Assembly: GCA_965644295.1 (NCBI GenBank)
Contig: CBFFRP010000029.1
Location: 1-64,000 of the forward strand
DNA from: Paraphysomonas bandaiensis
Taxonomy: Eukaryota; Protista; Chrysophyceae
DNA: 64,000 bases
Direction: 5' to 3'
Shown here: one piece after another, positions 50,708 to 62,781 of the stretch
How positions within the stretch are numbered: position 1 is the stretch's first letter
Layout of the letters: each line of letters begins with the position of its first letter
Made by a program: the position numbers and the translations under genes
Notes under the pieces: model-generated
What the model saw: the letters and a program-made list of their open reading frames with translations, nothing else
Databases searched by the model: none
Told to the model about the DNA's origin: nothing

Positions 50708-51211
50708 ATGAGTAAAGCATCCAATCATGTAGACGCCTCTTTCCTGACTGAGGTTGAAGACTATCTGTATATGCAAGATGACCTAGTCGATAATCTCACA
50801 GAATGGGCACGTAATAACTGCTCCTCCTTTACAGATAAAGACCCGAGATGCATCGAGCAGCCGCTGGAACACACCGAACTGCATCATGAATTTTGTGACA
50901 TATTTGAAAATATGCTTACAAAATTTTTAATAAGTCACGATGTGTCGATAACTGAATTTTACTCTCTCCTCAAACAGGAGCAAAAATTGGCTGAGAGCGG
51001 AAAAGCAGAGCTTCCTGTGTCAGCAACATTTGGCTCTATGTTACTCAGTGTTACAGATTTTTTTTCATTTTGCGAGATGATGTATGACGTTAATAGCGGC
51101 GGTGAGGTTGTATTTTGTCCACCACTGATTGATGATGCTAATAGAGTTGCCGGAGCGAAGTGTGAATCATCTGATGATGATGATTGTAATTATAAAAGCT
51201 CGAAAAAGTAG
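50708..51211 (+). CDS. BART (ARL2-binding/CFAP36-like) domain protein
   Basis: EQPLEHTELHHEFCDIFENMLTKFL..SITEFY..LLSVTDFFSFCEMM matches the BART pattern. Confidence 0.82.
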   Translation: MSKASNHVDASFLTEVEDYLYMQDDLVDNLTEWARNNCSSFTDKDPRCIEQPLEHTELHHEFCDIFENMLTKFLISHDVSITEFYSLLKQEQKLAESGKAELPVSATFGSMLLSVTDFFSFCEMMYDVNSGGEVVFCPPLIDDANRVAGAKCESSDDDDCNYKSSKK

Positions 51212-51546
51212 ATATCAACGATTGTAGTGATTATAGAAAAATAATTGTAATACTGGGGTGATATACTTGTGGATGTGATGCATAATGTCAATGATGTAAG
51301 CATGTAGAGCTTAAAACTTAATTTATCTAATTTTCTAATATGCTAGACCTGTTCATGACGTATCTATGATATTCAATTATATGTTTTTTTCGCATAACAT
51401 TTGGTGAATTAAAATCTCATCCCGAAGATGCCGATATCCACGTAAAAACATCAACATTTCAAGTGTCTAGGTGCCATTCGCTATATTATTATATATAATG
51501 TATAATGCTGCATGAGATTAATGTGTATACTAACCCTTATAACGTC

Positions 51547-51828
51547 TGTCCCATTCTGAGGCGTGGCCATAGAGTAGGCTCGCTGGCACACCATCTATAG
51601 TACCAAGATTTACTGATCTGCCACCCGCCTACCCGTGCATCAACGTAGCTGACCGCATAGATCGCGCGCAGATTCTGTTTCCGGCCCACCGGTGCAATCC
51701 TTCGCTAAGAAGAATTTCTCATAGCTATGTACGACTTATATATGTAGTTTACGTAGATTCTAGTAGGACCGTGTGTACCTTCCATTACCCTAAGATTACG
51801 TAGTATAGGGTATAGGTCTAGTGTGACA
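51547..51828 (+). mobile_element. LTR-like sequence distantly related to family A
   Basis: Starts TGTCCCATTCTGAG (family A starts TGCCCCATTCTGAG), ends GTGACA, 282 bp long, followed by TTGG. Confidence 0.4.
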
Positions 51829-52429
51829 TTGGCCGGCCCCCCTCCCCCAGAATGTGCGTGGTTTCTCGTAATCACATATAAGCTATGCAAGTATAGTGTA
51901 TATTGTAGATCTAGCTAGAACTTCTTTGGTGCCGACACACAAAGAACACGCTGAGATTAGTATTAACCAGGGCTAGGAAACAATATATTGTATTGCAATA
52001 CATTCTACAATATATTGATTGGTGGACCGGCATTATTATTCTGTTAAAGTAGCTCACAATATATTGATATATTGCAATTGTACTGTTGGACCTGTTTAAA
52101 ATCTCCATCAATAGTTTTGATGGAACGCTATGTAACAATAGTATTGCTGCAGTCAAATCTAACAATTACGAGGTAGCTTATGATTGAACATTCGAAATAT
52201 CTTTTTATATTATACGTTTATTACCGTTTCGTTGATTACTTTCCTGCGATATTGATTGATTATTCTTTAATTTAGTGATCACTTACACATACACACCTTA
52301 CACTCTCAGCGTAAACACAATCTTCTTCACTGTAGTTATACACTCTCAGAGGCTCCTCTTATATATTGCTGGATATAATGGTGCCAAGCTGTGATAGATG
52401 CGAAAGGATATGCCATTAAGTATTAAGTG

Positions 52430-53398
52430 GGGGGGTTTTATAAGAAGCCTAAAAATCAAGGTTTTGATACATTAATTAAGAAAATTTTCACCAATTTTTA
52501 AGCTGAATAGCTCATTAGAAAGCCCTAAAAAAACTACACATTTCCTATTATTAGAGTAATATCCAGTTTTTACATTTGCCGTCTTATACAAAAGCATGCG
52601 ACAAAACACAAAAAAATTGATTACTACGAATTTTTTTAGGGTTTGTCGTTTTGCCACCTTGCAACTTGTCGCTCTCCCACTTCTTTTTTTTAATCGCCAG
52701 CTGTCTGTTCACCCACATGAGAGTGTTCAGCATATCATATAGATATATGAGGGCTCTAGATTGTCAGTCTGTATTAGATATTGCAAGATGCTGGATACGG
52801 AAGAATTAGCTCTCTTCATCTTAACAGTTTCGCGGAATGTCGGCTTTACTGATGCAGTTGCTTGGACGCTAATCATTTCGCTATTCGCTGGATCTATAGA
52901 AGTATGTGGACTACTCCTCTAAAGTAGTAACGAAATGATTGATTTTCATGTAGGTAGTAAAGGTACTGAGAAGTAGAGACAGAAACCGAGTAAGAAATCG
53001 GCAGTATGCATTGGACGAAATGGACAAATTAACAGAAAGGGAGTTTAAGAGAATGTTCAGAATGTCAAGGCGTTGTTTCGACGTATTAGAGGTTAGTTAT
53101 TTACTTACAACTGTTACGTACTTTGTTTTACTTGAAACCAGGAAAGGCTGATAGACTACTACGGCGATGATTTCGACACCGAATTACATCGTCGACGAGC
53201 TGAAGCCAGCAGCGGTAGTGTGATTTCCATGAGAACACGTCTTGTGCAATGAAACCAAAAATTCTATGTGACAAGATGAGAGGAAAGTGTCGTTTTGTTT
53301 TGTATAAGGCCCCAAACGACACGTCGCACGACATTTCTACAAAAAAAATACTAAAAAAATCGTAGGACAATGTCGTTTTGTTTTGTATAAGACGGCCC
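52430..53398 (+). mobile_element. Internally deleted PIF/Harbinger transposon with a spliced transposase 5' fragment (52788-~53243)
   Basis: EFKRMFRMSRRCFDVLE and SSGSVISMRTRL are Harbinger transposase N-terminal motifs. The right end TATAAGACGGCCC is followed by TTA; the left TIR is degenerate. Confidence 0.7.
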
Positions 53399-53737
53399 TT
53401 AGTGAAATTTTCAAAAAACCGTTGTTCTTTTTTTTTTGACCGACCCTGTATATAGATATGTTTTCATGTATACCTGCTATACTGTACAATCCCATACACT
53501 ACTGCTATCCTGCTGTACAATCCTATACATCGATTGCTCCCATACAAATCTACAGCATCAAAACACATCTTATCACAATAGCACACAGCCCTGTATAAGT
53601 AGCATATTATTAGTACGAGTTTTTGCTTATTTATTGCTTATTTTTCCTCGTCCTGGTCGTTGCTCGTGTGAACTGTTCGAATATTCGTTCGTGTCGCGCA
53701 TTGCTGTCAAGTAATCATCAGCTGCAATTTTTCGAAA

Positions 53738-54166
53738 ATGCCCCCAAAGAAGAGAAAAGTAGAAGCTACCTCTGAATCTCCTGCTGATGATGTGCAGCCT
53801 GTCTCAGCACCTTTGGACGTCCCAGAGAAGCCCCCATTGATGCAAGAAGGATTGACGAAGTCGGCAGCAAAGGCTCTTTTCAAGGACCTACAGTGTATTT
53901 GGGGAGACTTCATCGAACATGGCCAGATATCGAGAGTTCGTAGATTTCTGAAAACAGATATTCAAAACGCGTTGACGAAAGCTGAGAAAGAAAGATTTGT
54001 TGCACAAGTGAAAGCACAGGATGAAGACCCTTCGCTCATGTGCGAAAAGATGGACATGGCGTCGCTATTTCCTGAAGTACAAGCCGTGATTGATTACAAA
54101 AGTCCTGTGGCAGCTTCTTCCACACCAAAGGTTTCCAAGAAGCGCAAGAAGCGCAGAAAATACTGA
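53738..54166 (+). CDS. Small hypothetical nuclear protein (142 aa)
   Basis: Clean ATG ORF with N-terminal PPKKRKV and C-terminal KKRKKRRKY. Confidence 0.6.
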   Translation: MPPKKRKVEATSESPADDVQPVSAPLDVPEKPPLMQEGLTKSAAKALFKDLQCIWGDFIEHGQISRVRRFLKTDIQNALTKAEKERFVAQVKAQDEDPSLMCEKMDMASLFPEVQAVIDYKSPVAASSTPKVSKKRKKRRKY

Positions 54167-54433
54167 TTTGTGGCAACGTGCTAGTTGTTGCCATTGAAGC
54201 AATTATAAAAATAACGCTTGTTATTTAGTCTCGGCTGAGCATTGCTTAATTACATCAGTCTTAAAATAATTATTGTTGGTCCCCCGTTCATTTCTAAGTT
54301 AAGAGCCATGATTTACAGCACAGCTTGAAGCGTATTTCATACACGCTTCAATATTACAATGCTTGGATTATTAACCATGCTTATTTGAGATTAAACAACT
54401 ACGGTGGAGGCAACATACATCGTGATTTTGTCA

Positions 54434-54636
54434 TAGAAAATATTTCTTAGTTTATTCATATTTGTTGAAGTACTATATTATTTATCATAATCCTTTGTTT
54501 GTCATAATTATCCTCAGTGGGGGACTAACTAACATAATTTTTATTAGTAGCTAGTAACTCCCACACTGAGGATATTTATAACAAACAAGGTCTCATGACA
54601 GTTGCAACAAATATATAAACTGAGAAATATTTTCTA
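54434..54636. repeat. ~200-bp imperfect foldback (long hairpin)
   Basis: Arms TAGAAAATATTTCT..TTTGTTG / CAACAAA..AGAAATATTTTCTA and CCTTTGTTTGT..ATCCTCAGTG / CACTGAGGAT..ACAAACAAGG. Confidence 0.75.
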
Positions 54637-56582
54637 AGTCAGCTACTCCATAGTCACGAACAGAATTGTCTTAGCACTTCCACATCTTAGCCACATAACA
54701 TATAACATTAATATGTATATAGAAATATGTATAACAAACTAAAGCCAAATTCTCGAAATAAAAATCTTGATTTAATGTTGTCACTACCAAGATTACTATG
54801 CTGTAGATATGCTTGGTTGATAATTCAAGCTTTGTTTCTCTCAGCCGCCTTGACAACGACACACTTGATAAAATTGTTGACTTTTTCAGAAGCTGCTTCA
54901 TAAATTAAAAGGGATCTATTATTGGACCTAGTAAATTGGTGTAATTTCCTAGTCACACAAGCATTATTCGTTATCTGTGTTTGAATATTGTCACTTACAT
55001 TATTTAGATAGCTTTTAACTCTATATATCCGATATCTGTACACCATCAGTATATATATATGCCCCTGGATTTATAATTATATCTGTGTCTATGGTGATGG
55101 TGTTGGTCTCTATGTTCTGTAGGTATATGTTGTTTTGGAGAAGAAAAATATGGGCACATTATCTTCTGAGATTTGTTGGAGAGGACCGAAAAAGTACCAC
55201 TTATAATTTAGTCCGTCTATATCCTTCCTTTGAAAGAGTAAAGACTGTGATTTGTGTTACTATGTTGAGTAGGGAGACTGTGTGTAATTAACAGTAGTGT
55301 AGAACACTAAAAATGATGATAATAACAATTATTATTGACTTCCAAAATATTAGACACCAGTCAAGAGTTCTTTGGCTGCTGCCTTATGTTGACCAACACA
55401 GATATATATGTCCCCTGGGGCACGTTGCAATAGGTGTGACTGTATACATATCCCTCGTTACGTATTGCATTTTTGTTTATCAAAAGTGGCACTTTCATTA
55501 CCATGTATTCGCCACGCTATCAACAATTGAATTCACTACCGTTATATATCGATATATCGTTAAGTATTCTAATAATGGCAAAGTCATCACATCAGTCGTT
55601 AACATTTATTTCCAACTGTGAGTGTTCGCAACATCCTAGCTGTAATATTTACACTACTGTCATAAAATTTACTAATGGGGGTGGAGCTGAAGCTACTAGT
55701 GAATACTATATATACTACGAACTACGAATAGATTTCATGGCTAACAGTTTTTATCTCATGGCTATACTTTGATGCTCTCATTGACGCAGCTAAATGGAAC
55801 TGCTTGAAGTCGAGGTAAAATACCAAAACCTGGTTTTTGATGTAAAACCTGGTGAAATTTTTGGTGATGGTCGGAAAAGGGTATAACTATGCGCAATAAG
55901 TAACTATGAAGTTAATAACAGTGTGAAAAGTATTATTTATAATATTTTTTACTAATTTCTTCCATATTACTTCAGTTTTACAGCAATAAAAGTAACCGAC
56001 TACACACATATATTATACAGTTCAAGCTATTCCGCCAAGCATAATATAAAGCTATTCTTTGTACGATACCCCACAACTACGTCGACGTTTTCCGGTCACA
56101 ACATTCTCAGATGAGATAGCGCCTTGATCCACCCATTCGGTTGTAGGCTCTGTCACTATTTCCCATTGCTGTTTTTTAGTCCTTTTCTTTGACGAAGTTA
56201 CTGTATAATATTATATAATATATTATAACGTTTACATAATAATCATATATATTATTATTATATATACTAACCTTTTATGTGCCTCAAGTAACTTGCCGCT
56301 AGGTTGTTGTCATATTGTCCATCATTATATTTGATATCATCGTAAGTATTGTCGCTGTGTACCTGAGTATATATATCTCTTACATTATTTATTGATTAAA
56401 TATATGTGTTACACATGTCGCTGCTTACCTCAGAAATAATACCTCTTAAATTGTGTATGTTAGAAACTAGTTCACCAAATGTACGGTGCATTGAGCACGC
56501 CTCTCGGTTCGTCAGGTAAAGATCCATCTGACTCTTGAATAACTAATCGTGGAGGGTTGCGCTTATTAATTGCAGCTGAGTT

Positions 56583-57559
56583 GTGCCCGCTGTATTGAAC
56601 AGTGGGTTGTGCTCTAACCGTCCTTATACCTGGACGGCCACAAAGAATGCATCTGAAATTATTCGCATGATGCCCACTCGGACCTATCGCGGATGGATGT
56701 CTCCCATATGGAGTGTGTACCTGGAGGTTCTGTCCCAGATTTATCCAGTTTGCGTCGATGGGGGTTTAAAGCTTATGTGAAGACTCCCAGGGGTGATCGT
56801 CAAAAAAATTGGCAAGACAAATCGCAGATTGGATATTTTTTAGGTCTCTCCAAAAAGAAGAGGGGATTCAGAATATGGCTAGGAGAGTCCGAAGTTGTGT
56901 CAGTACATGTGTCATTCGACGAGAGCATTCCCCCCAGAGAGAAGGAGTACTTCGAGGAGCTGGAGGCTGCGTTAGTTAAACATGATCCCCAGGCTCGACA
57001 GGTTGAAGAGTTCAACCATTTGATTGGATCTTACCATACCGATGAGGGTTTCCTGTTTAGGACTACGAGAGTCGTGGTTCGGAAAGGTTTGATCGTGGCT
57101 TATAGAGCCTTAGTAACTGCTGGTAGAGAGCAGTTGGAGGAGAAGACTCCGATACATATAGCTGATGTAGTGAAACTAACTCAGTCGTATAATTTGCGCA
57201 GGTGGCACGAAAATCCTGCGACCCGTGACGATGGGGCAGGTGGTGAGGAGCGATCGATGCCGGCTGAGGGTGGGACACCCAAACAGTCTACGGCAGATGA
57301 CTCATCAGGGAGTGAGCAGACTCCATGTGCCTTACCCGAGAGAAGCGTGAGCACTTCGTCTAGAGAGACAAGTGTGTGTGTCCCTAGTAGTCAAACTGCT
57401 AACCCGCCGGCTGCTATAAGCAAGAGGGTACGAACCCAAAGAGTGATGACCAACGTGTCTACTCTGGGTGAAATCAACTTCCTGTGTGAGGAAGATGCCG
57501 TTAATATGTGTAAGGCAAGTGATGACTCATTGATTACTGAACCGTCTGATTATAGGGAG
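56583..57559 (+). mobile_element. Copia pol relic (integrase C-terminus, SH3-like domain, linker to RT), truncated next to the Gypsy LTR
   Basis: WTATKNASEIIRMMP..SP (frameshift) PDLSSLRRWGFKAYV..KSQIGYFLG..VSVHVSFDE..EPSDYRE. Confidence 0.82.
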
Positions 57560-57606
57560 AAGTTTTCTCATGTAATAATCAGATCTAATTAATGATTATA
57601 GGGAGC

Positions 57607-58623
57607 TGTGACGTAACCCGGTTTGATAACCAGAATCACGGCTCGCAGTACAGGTATAGCACACAAACACGCAAGTGTGAAAACAATGTATAATTAATTA
57701 TGTTTTGACTGCTCTAGGAAAAACCTAATGCTCAGTAAATGATACCCGCCAAGTATCACCACGCAAGGAACACCGCCAGTGCAACAAGATCGTTGGCACC
57801 AAGCACTTCGGTTAAGCCTAAACAAGTGCATAACACCATAGCATACATGTTACACCCACTCCTACTCCTCAACAACATCACAACACCCTGCAACGTCATC
57901 ACTACCCACAGAAACGTGTTTATTCTATAAACTGAATACACACAGCAACCTAGGAGCAACGTATAACCGCATACTAATAGTACACTACATCCTACGTTTT
58001 ACTTTCTACCTAAATTCCCTTACAAAAACAGTATACCGCCACTTTGGTGTATTTTAGCATTCAAGAACCCAATATCCCTAATATCCAGGTTATGCGTAAA
58101 TACAACCTTGCATACCAGGTATTACATATCACAATTGATTCCCCACTGAGTCTGGTATGAACACTCGTACACCTCGAGTATATAATATCCATTCTCCGTT
58201 GATGTGATATGTACTTGCCCCCCTATAGGGTAGTATGAGTAATGCCAGTACGTATTCCTATGGAAGTATACACTGCAACTGCTACACTGGAATACTGACC
58301 CACATAACTTTATTATAAATTTGTGGCAGGTTTCACATTGCGTGAAGTCACCATCAGCAGATCATAGTGTACATCATCATCGGCAGATAAAGTGGACATC
58401 ACACCTGAACGTTGATTCAGTGTGTAGGTACATCATAGCTCATTAACCCATCTTAATGAGTATAACATAGAATATGCATCCTAGACATGGTATAGGGTCC
58501 TGATGATATAATGTTCTTGATATAGGGTCCTAAACTAATATCACAGGGTCCTGAATGGGCAATGCATGCAGTTCTGGTACTATAGCCACGTAGATAGGGC
58601 ATAGGAAATGCCACGTGGTCACA
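57607..58623 (-). mobile_element. 3' LTR (1017 bp) of the Gypsy element
   Basis: TGTGAC...GTCACA termini. Polypurine tract AGGGGGGGAGGCAG (minus strand, from 58624) abuts the LTR. Confidence 0.88.
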
Positions 58624-58794
58624 CTGCCTCCCCCCCTCGTTTTTGTGAGAAATCCATGGTCGCACACATGTCAATGGGACTAGGTTTGAAATAGCCATCC
58701 AAACGAACCACCATGGAGTATTATTATCATATTATAGATGTAATTCGGAGAATACTGAAAAATTTCACATCGTAAATTGTAGAGTAGGAACACT

Positions 58795-61700
58795 TTATAC
58801 CGACTGATTAACTTGTGGAAATTTGCTGGCAAATTCCTCGTCTACAAAGACCATTGTAGAAGAATCAAATTCTTTATGGGCAAAACAATGGATATGGTAA
58901 TTATCAAGTCGGAAAGTTTGTTTAGTCATCACATTTTTAGTTGAGAGTATCCGTTTGGAACTTTTATGATACCAATGTGTGAAGACAAAACGTGCAACAT
59001 AAGTAATAAAATGAGAATCCGGTAACTCCAGGCTTTCATACCACAGGTCCCCGAAAACTCTTAAGTCAACATAAGCCTCATCACCTGGCTGAAAACTAGT
59101 GATAGGCTGCTTACGGATTTTTGCAATATATTCCTTTGCCTCTTTAACCGGATAAATAAGATGATATAAATATCTTTTCTTAGAACAGAAATCGGCATAT
59201 GGAATAGAGTCAAAAATATCCTTACTGAATGGAATGTCACGAACATCACCATCCTGAAATTTCACAGTGAAAACTAGAGAGGTTCTGGTGTCTCTATCCC
59301 CTCTGTAGTATAGAATCGTGTCAATCACATGCTGTTCATGGTCTCTGCAAGCCATGTTATACGCTGTGTCTTGATCACCCGCAAAAAGTTTAACCTCCCG
59401 CACATCGACTTTCACAACTTGTCCTGTCACCAAATGTCTGCAATCAATGTCATTTTTATATTGAGATATGACTTTGAAAGGACCCATATAACGGTGAGAC
59501 ATCTTAGGATGTACTTTAGCACCCTTGTCGAACAAAACAAGATCTCCCGGCTGATATCTGTTCTGCTTGTCGGCCGGTATACCTTGGCTAGCCCGCTCTT
59601 GCACAAGACGCTGTTGATAAGCATGCGAAGCTGCCCTGAGCTCACGAAGGTTATCATTAAAACGTTTAAGTCGTGCATGCGCATCCTGGGAAAGAGAGTC
59701 GGTGTCCACGTTAAAATAACGCTTATCCTCCGATCCAAAAGTCAACTCGAATGGTGAGAATCCCGTCTCAGATGACACTTCAGAGTTAAGAATGTGTTGG
59801 ACACTGGCGATCCAGCTAGGATCTTCAAAAACATCTGTGCGCTCTTGACGCTCGCTAGCATCATATACTAGAGCTCGTAGGTGACGTACTACCTCACCTA
59901 TGATACGTTCTGAGCCATTCGCATGCCGGTTGGCTATACTGAACGTATGGCGCATTCCCATGTATTCCGTTAGCTGTTGGAATAGATCCGAAGTTAAATC
60001 CGGACCCTGGTCTGAAATCACGACATCCGTGTGACCGTAATAGGACCAATACTTCCACACAGTATTCGCTAAATTCAAAGCCGTTACTCCTTTTACTGGT
60101 TCCAGAAAAACGAGCTTTGTGTGAAGGTTCACTATCACATTGATATGAGTGTAACCGTCCTTGCCATGTGGAGTAATCTCCACTGCATCAATTCCAATAG
60201 CACTGCGAGCCCCCGGTGGTTTTAGGTTGCGCACTATGGGAATAAGTGCTTCCTTCATGGCTAACCGGGTTTTTACGCAAGTTGGACAGTTGGATATATA
60301 TTCTGCTACCACCTGATATGGTATTCCATGCCCTGGAAAACGTTTATTGAGACGAATCCAAGTAGCTTTCCCTCCAAGATGACCCACGCGAGAGTTGTGT
60401 ACCTCACGCAAGCATTCCTCACGAGATATATTCATGGAAGGTTGTTCTTGGTCACTGAGATCCGACGGGTCCATAAAATTTCCTAGGAATGAGAAATACT
60501 CAGAATCCTGACAGTCCTCTCCCAGAAAATAGGCATCATCCCACATAGAATCATCCAAGAACATGCCCGACAGATAAGCCAGTTGGTGTTCCCTGGATAA
60601 CCAGTCTGCTAACCAATTCTGTGCTCCCGAAATATGTCGGATTTTAAAATTGAATGATTGCAAGAATATTCTCCATCTAACAATTTTTGGTACCTCAGAC
60701 GCTTCCATCCAGAGCAAATTGTTATGGTCTGTTTCTATTGTAAACTGCTTTCCAACTAAGTAATACGCTAGCTGTTTAACCGAATAGTAGATACCATAGC
60801 CCTCCTGCTCTATAGTAGCCCATTTCATTGCTTGCTCTGAAAACTTTTTAGAGATAAAGGCAATAGGTTGCAATTGAGCTTCTCCTGACGGTAATATCTT
60901 CCGTTGTAGTAGTACAGAACCTATACCTAGCTCACTTGCATCAGTCCGTAAAATCCACTCTAACTCATAATCAGGGTAGAAGAGCTCACAAGCATCTTGT
61001 AAACCTTTTATGAAACGTTTGTACTCAGCTTCATAATCATGACGCCAAGTAGATTTATTCCAATTGAAAGATTTCTTGGTGAGGTCCGTTAGATGACCTA
61101 CTAAGTCAGAGTACTTTGGCGTGAAGCTGGAAAAGAAAACTCCCTTGCCTAGCAGAGATCTAGCTTGTTTAGTCGATGATGGCATGGGTATGTTTGCCAG
61201 CGCTTCCTTTTTATCCGGACACACTTCATACGATTTGTGTTTGCACACATATCCAAAAAAATTAACCTTTTTAAAACCAAGCCAGCTCTTAGCCATTTTC
61301 AACTTTATGTTTCTCTCCAGACATCTGTCAATAACTCGTTCCAACTTTTCATAAGCATCCTGGGGATCGTTGGCTAGTATTAGCATATTATCAAAAATGA
61401 CGATGGCCCAGTCTGAAAAATCAGCAAATATCTCCCGAACAACCTCTTGCAGTACACCAGTAGCAGGTGCTATACCCTCTGGCATGAAATTAGGTGCAAA
61501 CTGTCCCCATGGCGTTTGAATGGACAATTTCTCGGAAGTTTCCTCATCCAAAGGTATTTGATGAAACGCATTTGTAAGATCTATATCCAAATAATATGGA
61601 AAATTAATGATCTTGTCAAGTTCATGTTTGACATTGGGAATAGTGTAGTTTCCCACATGCATATGATCATTTATCTTAACGTAGTCCCCACAAAATCGAA

Positions 61701-62781
61701 TGTAAGGAGGTGTAGCCTTGGGCGCTACTACAAGGCAAGAAGCCCATGGCGATCTACTCTTCCGGTAAAAATACCCACACAGACGACGAAATTCTTTCTC
61801 TGATGCTTCCCATAGCTTCGGGTTAATAGGCCTCGCTTTGGGTTTGATCCGATCCGGAAGTGTATCTTTCCACTTAATTTTTAAAGGTTCAACACCTTTT
61901 ACACCAGACCACTCATCTGGTACAAAGACTTTAACCGCTTTAGTTCGTAGGAGATGCATCACATTTGTTTGTTCCTTCATCTCACTACTAACATGGGTCT
62001 CCAACAACTGCTCATAGTCTTTTAAAGCTTCCGCTCTAGTCTTTCCTAAGAATACCAAAGCTTCTTTAAATTGAACCGGCAATTCGGAATCCTCTTCCTC
62101 CGGTGCAATTTGAGTACTCGCTTTAGACCATGGTTCCACTATTTGTCCATGCTCTAAGCCAGACAAATCATGACTCGAAATCTTCTTGGTATCACTTTCT
62201 ATCTCATAAGATGTTTGTTCAAAAGCATGCCTCATCAATTCACACATAAAGGGATACAAAGTACCAGTAAGTGCCGGCAATCCAAGTATGACATCATTAT
62301 GTTTCATGTCAATAATTAGGAAATCCCCTTTGAACTGATACTGTTTTCCATAAGGGTCAGCCAACAAAAGATTGAGTCTGACTCCTTGTGTGACTGTTTT
62401 TATAGTAGTACTATCCGCCAATACTACTCTATGATTCGCATCGTATAAAAATTCGGGGTTTAGCTCTGGCATTAAACTCTCAACCAGACCCCTAGACACG
62501 TAGTTGGCTGAAAGCGCTCCCGTATCACAAAGTACGGTGATCAATTTTTCCGAATTCTCTCTCATATTAGTGTTCATTATTAGCCTAGCTACAGTATGTG
62601 CTGATGTCATTTTTCGCGTACTAGGAAAGCAAGCATACAGCTTAGCTTGCCCCTCGGTTTGCACAGAACACAATGCCGCCGTGAATGTAGACTCTTCAAA
62701 TTGTAAACAACAATCGTCATCCCCGTCACACCCATTAACTACACTGACATCCTGCGCTCCCCGCACGCAATGGTCCTTCCA
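58795..62781 (-). CDS. pol: Gypsy/Ty3 Pol (PR-RT-RNaseH-INT, chromo-like domain and extra C-terminal domain)
   Basis: PR LCDTGA; RT DLTNAFHQ, MPEG and IFDN; RNase H TDAS/EQE/TDH/ADWLSR; INT HHCC plus GIDA, SDQG and GSER; GPF motif. Uninterrupted over 1323 codons or more. Confidence 0.95.
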   Translation of the reverse strand, partial: WKDHCVRGAQDVSVVNGCDGDDDCCLQFEESTFTAALCSVQTEGQAKLYACFPSTRKMTSAHTVARLIMNTNMRENSEKLITVLCDTGALSANYVSRGLVESLMPELNPEFLYDANHRVVLADSTTIKTVTQGVRLNLLLADPYGKQYQFKGDFLIIDMKHNDVILGLPALTGTLYPFMCELMRHAFEQTSYEIESDTKKISSHDLSGLEHGQIVEPWSKASTQIAPEEEDSELPVQFKEALVFLGKTRAEALKDYEQLLETHVSSEMKEQTNVMHLLRTKAVKVFVPDEWSGVKGVEPLKIKWKDTLPDRIKPKARPINPKLWEASEKEFRRLCGYFYRKSRSPWASCLVVAPKATPPYIRFCGDYVKINDHMHVGNYTIPNVKHELDKIINFPYYLDIDLTNAFHQIPLDEETSEKLSIQTPWGQFAPNFMPEGIAPATGVLQEVVREIFADFSDWAIVIFDNMLILANDPQDAYEKLERVIDRCLERNIKLKMAKSWLGFKKVNFFGYVCKHKSYEVCPDKKEALANIPMPSSTKQARSLLGKGVFFSSFTPKYSDLVGHLTDLTKKSFNWNKSTWRHDYEAEYKRFIKGLQDACELFYPDYELEWILRTDASELGIGSVLLQRKILPSGEAQLQPIAFISKKFSEQAMKWATIEQEGYGIYYSVKQLAYYLVGKQFTIETDHNNLLWMEASEVPKIVRWRIFLQSFNFKIRHISGAQNWLADWLSREHQLAYLSGMFLDDSMWDDAYFLGEDCQDSEYFSFLGNFMDPSDLSDQEQPSMNISREECLREVHNSRVGHLGGKATWIRLNKRFPGHGIPYQVVAEYISNCPTCVKTRLAMKEALIPIVRNLKPPGARSAIGIDAVEITPHGKDGYTHINVIVNLHTKLVFLEPVKGVTALNLANTVWKYWSYYGHTDVVISDQGPDLTSDLFQQLTEYMGMRHTFSIANRHANGSERIIGEVVRHLRALVYDASERQERTDVFEDPSWIASVQHILNSEVSSETGFSPFELTFGSEDKRYFNVDTDSLSQDAHARLKRFNDNLRELRAASHAYQQRLVQERASQGIPADKQNRYQPGDLVLFDKGAKVHPKMSHRYMGPFKVISQYKNDIDCRHLVTGQVVKVDVREVKLFAGDQDTAYNMACRDHEQHVIDTILYYRGDRDTRTSLVFTVKFQDGDVRDIPFSKDIFDSIPYADFCSKKRYLYHLIYPVKEAKEYIAKIRKQPITSFQPGDEAYVDLRVFGDLWYESLELPDSHFITYVARFVFTHWYHKSSKRILSTKNVMTKQTFRLDNYHIHCFAHKEFDSSTMVFVDEEFASKFPQVNQSV

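Noticed and set aside
57756-57959. env-like hydrophobic ORF after pol
   Set aside because: It is only 67 codons, lies inside the LTR, has a non-ATG start and shows no fusion-protein features.
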